NCBI GenBank assembly: GCA_943372295.1
Contig: CALRYC010000005.1
Coordinates: 64,310-128,309 of the forward strand
Length of the DNA: 64,000 bases
From: Chitinophaga pinensis
GTDB lineage: Bacteria > Bacteroidota > Ignavibacteria > Kapaibacteriales > Kapaibacteriaceae
Reading direction: 5' to 3'
In this document: in pieces, positions 1-8,600 of the stretch
Position numbering within the stretch: the stretch's first letter is position 1
Layout: every line of letters starts with the position of its first letter
The notes under the pieces: model-generated
What the model was told of the DNA's origin: nothing
Database searches by the model: none
Seen by the model: only the letters and a program-made list of their open reading frames with translations
Made by a program: the position numbers and the translations under genes

Positions 1-350
1 TTGGTCAGAAACCTCACAAGGATCATGAACACCCCGGCCAGGGCGGCATAGGATACGATCGTGATGATGAGGGTTCCTCCAAGCGCTCCCGTAAACTGCC
101 GCTGTGGCAGGCTTAGGTCGACCCCCTCAGCCGCACCTGTCGCTGCAGGGGCTTGCTGTGAGAGTATGGCCGAATCCAGCACAAGCGATGGAATGCTCTG
201 CTCCCAGAGCGTACAGAGCGTTCCCGTGACCGAAACAGCAAGAACGGCCACGGCGAAAACCGCCGCGGCCGCTTCTGTAGGTGTCTGACAGATCCGTCGA
301 GGATCAACAAGGCCGAACCAAATCGACCGCATGGCAGCGGTGATACGCAT
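1..350 (-). CDS. Hypothetical membrane protein, 5' part only (runs off the window start)
   Basis: Frame not in the ORF track because no stop lies in the window. ATG at 350..348 (alt ATG 332..330) is open to position 1 by manual translation: MRITAAMRSIWFGLVDPRRI...AAAAVFAVAVLAVSVTGTL...LGGTLIITIVSYAALAGVFMILVRFLT. Two hydrophobic helices; starts 13 nt downstream of the M16 gene stop (363) on the same strand. No family recognised. Confidence 0.35.
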   Translation of the reverse strand, partial: MRITAAMRSIWFGLVDPRRICQTPTEAAAAVFAVAVLAVSVTGTLCTLWEQSIPSLVLDSAILSQQAPAATGAAEGVDLSLPQRQFTGALGGTLIITIVSYAALAGVFMILVRFLT

Positions 351-362
351 CGGTGAGGGCCT

Positions 363-2531
363 TTAGAATCCTACCGGACGAAATGTGGAATCTTCGACGC
401 TGGCGTTGACCTCGTGTTTGAGATCGAACTCCATCGAGAAGAGTGTGTTCTGGATCTGGAGCTTCGACGGGAGCATGACGCCGGCAACCGGCGAGTAATC
501 GCTGAATCGTTCGACAGTGGTGACGCTTCCTCCGGGCGTGACGTCATCCTTTTCATGCCGTGAGATCATCATTGTTGCGGCATCAAGATAGTAGCGCTCA
601 TTCACTCCAAGGGGGCTGGTGGTCTCAAGCTCGATCTGTCCGTCGCGTTTTCCCTTGATCGTGGCCTTATAACCATCGGCAAGCACGGTCACCAACGGAA
701 ACATGCGGGCTTCCTGCTTAAGCTGAGCAGCCTCATCGGAAGGCGTCGCACTCGCAGGTCCGCCCATGAGCGACGTCCATGCACTCGATTCATCCACCCA
801 CTGTTGCTGCTTCATCACTCCCAGGTCGAGCTCGGAAAACTCCTTGTTGTCGCGCTTCTGAATGCGTGTCATGGTCCCGGAGTATTCCTTTCCTTGAAAC
901 ACCATTTTCGCGGTCGCCGAGGTGCGAATCGTCTGCACGGCGTCCACCGTCCCGAGAGACTGCTTGTGCTTCTGAACAAGCTCATCAATGCTCATCGCAA
1001 CAGTCTCGTAGGGGGCTTCCTTGGCCGGCTCTAGATCGAGCGTGTACTCGATGATCTTCCCAAACGGTTCAAGCTTGGAACGAACATCCGGACTGCCCAC
1101 AACCACAATGCGCAGGTTGAACATGTTCAGATACTGCTGCGCCGATCGTTGGATCTCGGCCGAGCTGAGCGACTCGATGCGGCGTGTGTAGTTGATCACG
1201 TCGTCCACCGGGACTTCGTTGAGCCATGAGTTCTGTAGAACGGCCGCAACCGTGGAAGGACGTTCAAAGGCGATCCGGTACTGACCAACCTCAAGCGCTA
1301 TGCGCCTCTTGATCGCCTCCTCATCAGGTCCCTCATCAGCAAGCTTCCTGAGCTCACTCAGAATGACCTTCAAGGCAGAATCCGTCACGGATGTGCGGAC
1401 CTCTGAGCCACAGGCAAAACGGTTGTAGCGGCGGCCCCTCGTCAAAAGTGAAAATGGCGAATACGTGTAGGAGTAAGTTTCGCGAAGTGTGTTAAAAAGG
1501 AGACTACCAAAGCCCGACCCGATGTAACTAGCCATGATGGAGGTAGCGTCGAAATCGCTCGCGCGCACCGGCGGACCCGCCGCACACACAATGACGGTGC
1601 TTTGAACCGAGCCCTTGCGTGGAACGAAGTATACCCCGGGCGCTTCTGTCTTCATGTCAGGAATCTCGACCTCCGGACGAACACCCTTTTTCCAGCCGCC
1701 AAGGTACTTGCCCAGCATCGTCCTGGCCTCATCGGCGGTGATGTCACCCACAATGGCCATTGACGCAGAATTCGGGCGCATGTAGCTGGCGTGGAAGGCC
1801 GAGACGTCCTCACGGGTCACAGCTTTGATGGTCGACTCCAGCGTGCGCCGTGCAAGTGGGTTCTCCATTCCATATATGACCTTGCGGGAAAGCGCCTGTG
1901 CGATCTCAACCGGACGGGACCGGCGCGAAGCAATACTTGCTACATACTGCTGCTTAAGCTTGTCGAGCTCTGACTGATCAAAGAGCGGATCTCTGAGCTG
2001 CTCGGCGAAAATGTCCATGACAATGCCAGAGTGCTTCTTGATGAACGAGGCAGACATCGTCATCGACTCGCCGGTTGTGCTTACGCCGATCGATGCTCCG
2101 ACGCCGTCCAATGCCTCGGCGATCTGCAGGGCATTGCGCGTCTTGGTGCCTTTACCCAGCAAGTCTCCGGCAATCGCCGCTGTGCCTTCTTTGCCTTTAG
2201 GGTCATACGCTTCGCCTCCTCTCATCGTCAGAGATAACGTTACAAGGGGCTGTTCGTGATTCTCGATCACAAAGACGTGCAGCCCGTTGTCAAGCGTGAA
2301 CTCCTCATACTTCGGAAACTGAAAATCCGTTGCTGCGAGGGGGGCAGGCTTGACGTTCAGGTCTGGCTTGACGTCGACCGGCCCCGCTACGGCCGGCGCT
2401 TTAGGTGCAGCCGGTGTTGTAGCCGCAGGTTTCTTGGCCTTTGCCGACTTCTTCTTGGTTGCCTGAGCTGCAAGGGGCTCTGCGGACCAGAGCGTCGTTA
2501 GTGCGATTACGGCGATAATGATTGTGCGCAT
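363..2531 (-). CDS. M16 (pitrilysin/insulinase) family protein, non-catalytic subunit type, with extra C-terminal domain
   Basis: 722 aa. Signal peptide MRTIIIAVIALTTLWSAEPLAAQ, then a Lys/Ala/Pro-rich linker, then M16 N and C domains, but no HxxEH zinc motif. About 230 extra C-terminal residues resemble a LolA-like beta-rich domain. Sits 5 nt downstream of an HxxEH-bearing M16 paralog. Confidence 0.8.
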   Translation of the reverse strand: MRTIIIAVIALTTLWSAEPLAAQATKKKSAKAKKPAATTPAAPKAPAVAGPVDVKPDLNVKPAPLAATDFQFPKYEEFTLDNGLHVFVIENHEQPLVTLSLTMRGGEAYDPKGKEGTAAIAGDLLGKGTKTRNALQIAEALDGVGASIGVSTTGESMTMSASFIKKHSGIVMDIFAEQLRDPLFDQSELDKLKQQYVASIASRRSRPVEIAQALSRKVIYGMENPLARRTLESTIKAVTREDVSAFHASYMRPNSASMAIVGDITADEARTMLGKYLGGWKKGVRPEVEIPDMKTEAPGVYFVPRKGSVQSTVIVCAAGPPVRASDFDATSIMASYIGSGFGSLLFNTLRETYSYTYSPFSLLTRGRRYNRFACGSEVRTSVTDSALKVILSELRKLADEGPDEEAIKRRIALEVGQYRIAFERPSTVAAVLQNSWLNEVPVDDVINYTRRIESLSSAEIQRSAQQYLNMFNLRIVVVGSPDVRSKLEPFGKIIEYTLDLEPAKEAPYETVAMSIDELVQKHKQSLGTVDAVQTIRTSATAKMVFQGKEYSGTMTRIQKRDNKEFSELDLGVMKQQQWVDESSAWTSLMGGPASATPSDEAAQLKQEARMFPLVTVLADGYKATIKGKRDGQIELETTSPLGVNERYYLDAATMMISRHEKDDVTPGGSVTTVERFSDYSPVAGVMLPSKLQIQNTLFSMEFDLKHEVNASVEDSTFRPVGF

Positions 2532-2536
2532 GTTCC

Positions 2537-3871
2537 TTATCCTTTCGAGGGCAGATAGGTGAGAACAACACGCTGCTTACCGCCAAACATCCGCTTGGCC
2601 ACGCGCTTGATGTCTTCCTTGTTAACCTTCATGTACTTCTGCATCTCATCGTTGATAGCCCCAGTGCCACCGTCAAACCGGTAGGCGTTCGAAAGGGCCA
2701 GAGCTTTCTGGTAGACGCCCGTACGACCCTGGACAAAGTTCATTTCGGTAATGTTCTTTGCCTTTGTCAGCTCTTCCTCGCTCACACCGCCGCTGATCAA
2801 CCGTTCGATCTCCGCGTCGATCCCCTTCTCCACGTCGGCCGGATTCTTACCCGGTGCTACTATGCCGATGCAGAACGTCATGCCGATGTACTCTCTTGGG
2901 AAAAGCGACACACTGGCCTGAACGGCCACCTGTGCGCTGTCAACCAGTGCACGGTACATCCGTGATGACTCTCCATTGGATAGAATGGTCGTCAAGAGGT
3001 CCGCCGCATAGACATCGGCATCGGTCTGTGGCATCGAACGATAGGCCATGAAAACTGCAGGAAGCTGCGCCTTCGGGTCATTGACCGTCTCACGGATTTC
3101 GCTGGCAAGGGGCTCAAGGGTACCAACGACCGGACGCTTGGGCTCCGGAGCACGCGCATATCCGCCGAAGTACGCGTCAATGGTCTCCCGAACGAGCTTC
3201 TCATCGAAGTCTCCGCTGACAACTAGGATCGCGTTGTTTGGCTGATAGAACTGGTCATAAAACGCCTTGAACTCGGCGATCGTGGCACTGTCGATGTGTT
3301 GTGCCGCTCCGATAGGCGACCACTCGTAAGGCGTGCCTGCATACAGCGCCTTTTGCGCCTTTTCCAGCCAGCCACCGTAGGGCGCATTGTCGTATCGGTT
3401 CTTGCGTTCTTCCTTTACTACGCCTCGCTGCGTTTCGACGCCGATGCTGTTCACGTTGAGCTTGCGAAGGCGTTGAGCTTCGATCCAGAGGCCGAGTCTC
3501 ACTTGATTGGACGGCAGAACGAAGTGATAAACGGTCTGATCATTGCTGGTAAATGCGTTCAGCTCGCCCCCTGCCCCACTGATCAGTTTGTCGATCGATG
3601 CTCGCTCGATCTTGTCTGTCGACTCGAACATGAGATGCTCAAAGAAGTGAGCAAAACCTGTGCGCGCAGGATCCTCGTCGCGCGAACCGACCTTGTAATG
3701 AAGCACCGTGGCTACCACCGGCGCTGAGTGGTCCTCATGCAGGATCACATGCAGTCCATTCGGTAGATCATACTCGGTATAGATAAGGGGCTTGTACTGC
3801 GCCCATGTGCCGGCAGTCTGCAGGCAGAGAAGCGTCAGCACAGCGATTCCGTGCATTATGCGTCGTTTCAT
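2537..3871 (-). CDS. M16 family zinc metallopeptidase (catalytic subunit type)
   Basis: HFFEHLMFE matches the inverted zincin motif HxxEH. Start re-picked to MKRRIMHGIAVLTLLCLQTAGTWAQ (ATG at 3871, signal peptide), because the ORF-track start at 3979 overlaps lnt. Confidence 0.9.
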   Translation of the reverse strand: MKRRIMHGIAVLTLLCLQTAGTWAQYKPLIYTEYDLPNGLHVILHEDHSAPVVATVLHYKVGSRDEDPARTGFAHFFEHLMFESTDKIERASIDKLISGAGGELNAFTSNDQTVYHFVLPSNQVRLGLWIEAQRLRKLNVNSIGVETQRGVVKEERKNRYDNAPYGGWLEKAQKALYAGTPYEWSPIGAAQHIDSATIAEFKAFYDQFYQPNNAILVVSGDFDEKLVRETIDAYFGGYARAPEPKRPVVGTLEPLASEIRETVNDPKAQLPAVFMAYRSMPQTDADVYAADLLTTILSNGESSRMYRALVDSAQVAVQASVSLFPREYIGMTFCIGIVAPGKNPADVEKGIDAEIERLISGGVSEEELTKAKNITEMNFVQGRTGVYQKALALSNAYRFDGGTGAINDEMQKYMKVNKEDIKRVAKRMFGGKQRVVLTYLPSKG

Positions 3872-3879
3872 GCGTCCAC

Positions 3880-5532
3880 TTAGTTGTTGGAGGATTGGCT
3901 TCGAAGAACGGCCGGAAGAATACGAAGCAGTGGGGTAAATCGTGCAATCACCACGGCAAAAAGTGACGTGATCGCGCACGCCACAGCAAGCCAGTCACCG
4001 TGTCGAGCATAGAAAGTATACACTCTGTTTGGCCGGACCTGGCCAATGGCGGCCATACGTCGCATCACGGGGAGTTCCATTTCAGAAGCGCCATCAGCGC
4101 TGATGATTCCGCTAACTCCCGAGTTGGCGCAGCGCACGATTGGACGGCGAAACTCGATCGCACGCATGCGGGCGATGTCGTAGTGCTGACGCGGGCCCCA
4201 GGTGCCATTGTACCAGGCGTCGTTAGTGATTACAGCCAGAACAGAAGCTCCATTATTGACCATATCGCGGGCAACATCAGGATAGATGGACTCGATACAG
4301 ATAATCGTACCAATTCGGGCGATGGTATCTCCTTGTCTGATCACCGGCAGCGGAAGCCGCTCTCTCCCCTTGCCCCATGCAGAGATGCCAACCCCCCATT
4401 CAAACCAATTCATGGCAAATGATAAATGATCGGCAAATGGGATGCGCTCGGCGAAAGGCGTCAACATGGTCTTCCGGTGCACCGGCACATCAACGTGCCC
4501 TGGATTGATGACCATCGCCGCATTGAAATGATCATACTTCACCCGTGAAGCCATTGCCGAAGAGCGCGCTGACGCGGGCGCCGCCCCATCAGGATACACC
4601 AGCATGTCGGCAAATCCCGTCACAAGACTTGTTTCAGACGTGTCGACCCATCTGCGCACATCCAGCCAATCGGCGATGTAGCGGTAGCTCCTGATTACAT
4701 AGGGGATCGCCGTTTCGCACCATAAGGACACATCCGCCCGTACTCCCTGCCTCCGCAATGAGTCACTCACTGCTTTATGAATACGAAGCTGATCGGAGGG
4801 GGCTGACCATTTGTCCCACGGATTGATGTTTGGCTGAACGATCTCAACTCTTACGCCACCCCCTTTGTTGAGCCACTCGGAGGAACTACGCCTGACTGAC
4901 CCAGCCACCGACAGACCGACCCATAGCACAACGGCAAAGGACAACAAGCCAGCAGACCGTGCCGCGGAATCACGATGCAGCAGGGCTGCATAGACGAGGG
5001 TATTGACCGCCATGATGGCGAACGAGATCCCATACACGCCTACAACTTCTGCCACCTGGGCCGATGGCACATCGACCATCGCGTACCCAACCGTGAGCCA
5101 TGGATAAGATAAATCAGTCTGTCCATGGATCCATTCACCGGCTGTGTAGACGACAGGAATCAGGACAGCAATCGCAGTTCGGGATAGACGCTTCGAAAGC
5201 CAGACAAGGATTAGCCATGGAAGCAGTAGCAACAACGGGTGGGCCAGCCACACGGCTATTCCACTTGCCAGGAGGTATGGGTCCGTCTGCTCCTGCCAGC
5301 TGCTTATCCACCAATTGCAAATTCCATGAAAGACAAAGAAGCAGACATAGAGAGGCCCAACAACACCCTTGTTTGACGATCCTTCAACTTGCGAAAACAA
5401 CGTCCACATCAAAGGGACAAACGCAACGAGCATGATCTCTGCCGGAACGGGCAAAGATGCATGAGAGTATGCAAGTCCAGCCAGTAGACCGCTGATTGCG
5501 GCGCTGAGGTAACGCGATCTCATAGGGTTCAC
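3880..5532 (-). CDS. lnt: Apolipoprotein N-acyltransferase
   Basis: 550 aa. N-terminal polytopic membrane region plus a C-terminal CN-hydrolase domain (VEIVQPNINPWDKW, catalytic Cys context ICIESIY). Track start is GTG at 5532; alternative ATG at 5523. Confidence 0.9.
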   Translation of the reverse strand: MNPMRSRYLSAAISGLLAGLAYSHASLPVPAEIMLVAFVPLMWTLFSQVEGSSNKGVVGPLYVCFFVFHGICNWWISSWQEQTDPYLLASGIAVWLAHPLLLLLPWLILVWLSKRLSRTAIAVLIPVVYTAGEWIHGQTDLSYPWLTVGYAMVDVPSAQVAEVVGVYGISFAIMAVNTLVYAALLHRDSAARSAGLLSFAVVLWVGLSVAGSVRRSSSEWLNKGGGVRVEIVQPNINPWDKWSAPSDQLRIHKAVSDSLRRQGVRADVSLWCETAIPYVIRSYRYIADWLDVRRWVDTSETSLVTGFADMLVYPDGAAPASARSSAMASRVKYDHFNAAMVINPGHVDVPVHRKTMLTPFAERIPFADHLSFAMNWFEWGVGISAWGKGRERLPLPVIRQGDTIARIGTIICIESIYPDVARDMVNNGASVLAVITNDAWYNGTWGPRQHYDIARMRAIEFRRPIVRCANSGVSGIISADGASEMELPVMRRMAAIGQVRPNRVYTFYARHGDWLAVACAITSLFAVVIARFTPLLRILPAVLRSQSSNN

Positions 5533-5550
5533 TGTGGAACTAAACTACAA

Positions 5551-5579
5551 ACGGCTCCCGTGCAGTGCACGAGAGCCGT
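5551..5579 (-). terminator. Putative intrinsic terminator after the giant T9SS gene
   Basis: Long imperfect hairpin ACGGCTC-C-CGTGC AGT GCACG-A-GAGCCGT. On the minus strand it is followed by TTTGTAGTTT; lies 38 nt past the stop at 5617. Confidence 0.5.
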
Positions 5580-5616
5580 CTGATAAATCTTGACAGTATC
5601 GTTGTGTGCCGGAAGC

Positions 5617-8600
5617 TTACTTCGACACTGTTACTGCTGCTGAAACGGCCAGCCCATTGCTGCGTACAACCAACGTGTAAGCACCTGATGGTATGGAGGC
5701 AGCTGAGAACTTGACGCTGTGTGTACCTGCGCTACGTGCTTCATTAACAAGCGTCGCAACTTCCTGACCAGCCATGTTAACGATGACCACTTCTACACGA
5801 CCAGCTTCTGCAAGGCCGAATGTGACGGTAGATGCGTCAGCAACTGGATTCGGAGAGATCGTCGAGATCCACAGTCCACTGCCTTCGCCGTCAATCGTCA
5901 CATTTACGTCGCTTGTCGTTGCACGTGAGCCATCCTTGTCGACAGATGTCAGGCGATAAGAATACATGCCAGCAGCAAGGTTCTGATCGGTGATCGAGTA
6001 GTCCTTGTGGCTTGCAGATGCATTCGTTGCATTGACGGTTCGTACAACACGGTACGATGCGTCGCTTGTGATGTCACCAGCCTTAACACTGGTGAGATCA
6101 GCACGCTCAACTTCAAAGCGATCTAGCGCTGTTTCGCTTGCAGTCGACCAGAATACATCAACATTCTTTCCGCGAGCCTTTGCGTCAAATGATGCGACCT
6201 GTACAGGAACAAGTCCACCGCCATTAGTCTCAAAGAAGTCGAGAATGCCTCGTACAACACGCTCAACGCCAGTGCGCAGGACCGTCGGTGAAGATGAGCG
6301 CGCGAAGTGGCGCCAGTCAACTCCGAGGTATACCGTGTTTGCTGTGATTGCTGCGGTAGCCGTACCCATGATAGAGTCTGCTGTTGAACGATCACTGCGA
6401 CGATACGAGTAGGCCGCACTAACGACACCCGACGTGCTTCCACTCGAGAACATTGATACCAGCGCCGGCGTCGGCTCCGGATCACCAGCGAAGCCGGTAC
6501 GAGTGACAAGCTCACTGTTTCCGCGAGCGATCGCGCGACCATCGATGCTACGGCCGCTGTAATTAGGACTAAACGGAGTTCCTGGATTCTGCAGCTGACA
6601 GCGAAGCGCGTTCTGAACGAAGTTCAAGTCGCTGACGATCGAAGCTCCGTTGTGCAACGATGGCACACGAGCAGCTGAGATCGCGAGGTTCTTCTTCATG
6701 CCAGGCGCACCTGAGCCGAGGTAGTTACGGATGTCATCGCGTTCGCTGCGTGTCAGTGGGTTCAGGTCGTGCGACCAGAACATCGTTTGATAGATCGTGT
6801 AGTCCACCGAACGCGGAGCCCAATTGGCACGGTCGAGAACATCAAAGTCGAAACGTCCACTCGCCGGATCGTTGATATAACCAAGATCGCCCAGTGACTT
6901 CTGCAAGCTGTCTGAGTTGAGGCGAGCAGCAATGTCGTTTGTAGCCGGTGTGCCCGTCAGGATATCTACGGCCGAACCGCGCACACTGAGCAGTAAGCGG
7001 AGCTTCGACTGACGGACGTAGAACCTAACGTCCTTGCTGAAAACATTGTTCGAATTAAACTCGTCGGCATTCACAGAAACTTCAACCCGATACCGTGGAG
7101 TTACATTCATGCTCATCGTTGAAAACTGAGCAGGAACATTGTAGCCTGGCATACCGAAGTATGTCTGCGGTGACCACGACGGGATGTTGAATTGGATGTC
7201 CTTCGACTGACCTGAAGAAAGATTAGTCGTAACAACGCGATCAACGATCGGGAAGCTGTTGTACTGTGCTGGATTCATCAGAGCGTTGTTCGACATCGGT
7301 GTTTCAAGGTAAACCCGAACTCGAACCTGCGACCGCGTAGTTGCTAGCGCACCATTGTTGCGGACACGTGTAGTCACGTCAACCGGTGTCGTAGTCATGA
7401 TGTACTCGGCATCACTGTTAGGACCAGTGGCGTCACGATATGAGGCTGGCTTGAGAATGTCAATCACTTCAAGATCGCTCACATAAAGTCGTCCACTGAA
7501 CTCATCGGCGCCGATATCATAGCCAAGACCGGCCTCGCCGCGGAGTGCATTCTCTACATCACGCTTCGTTCCGCTGATACGCTCACCATTGTTGTTCAGA
7601 ATTGAACCGATCGGAGCCTGTGGAGTAATGCGCACGCGAAGTTGCTGGTTTGGAGCGGTGCCGCGGAACTCATGTTCGGCCACGAAGTTTCCGCTCGGCG
7701 AGTTGATGTCCTGCCCTGTCCAGTTTCTCCACTGAGCGAGCGTATTGAACTCGGTTTGTGATCCAGCGCTAACCAATTCGCTTGTGTGCGATATCTCTAC
7801 AACACGACCGATGCCAGCATTAGGTGTCCAGAAAGCATTCTTATTCGAGACAAGTGACTTAGGCGCGGTGTTTGGTAGGTACCAGGTGTTGACTCGTCCA
7901 TTACGGAAGATCGTGCCCTGATAGAAGATGGCTGAGTTTGTGATTGCATCGACGTTCACCGCGGTGTTCAGTGCAATTGCATTGTTCATGATCACCGGGC
8001 CATCAGAGTTTTGAACTCCGATACCAACGAGGGCTCCATTTCCAAGAAACGCATCAGCATTGATCACGATTGTATTATTCACAATCGAGTCACCCTGCAT
8101 GAAGTATCCTGCGTTGTTTGGCGTGAGCAATGCCGTAACAACTGATGCAGATGTTGCACGCGTCGTGTAAACGTGCACACCGGCAAGATTGGCGGTTGTT
8201 GACGCACGCGTCAATCCCCAAACTGCGTTGCTGGTGATGTACGTACGCTCGGCCTTGTTCGGAAACACTACGAGACCTTGTGAACGCGGACCAAAGCCCT
8301 TGTTCGTGCCCGTCACAGTCTGGTACTCGTTGCGAGCTTGCTCGACCGTGATACCACGAGTCCATGTTGTACCCGCAACACCACTGATCTCGTTTTGAGC
8401 AATAAACAGATTCATGTTGTTATACCGGGCTTCTCCACCAGCCATGATTCCGGCCACGTTGCGCGGCGTACCGCCTGTGGCAAGACCCACATTGTAGATG
8501 CGATTGCCAACGATCTGAACACCGTCTTCGTATGCCGCAAAAATGCCGGCACGACGCACGTTGTAGATCAGGTTGTTACGGATCTCTGTTCCCGAGTTGT

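Noticed and set aside
61-310. Track ORFs 61..288 (+) and 113..310 (-)
   Set aside because: Their products are low-complexity Arg/Ser/Pro/Ala-rich. A third frame that is open to the window edge, with two TM helices and operon context, is more plausible.
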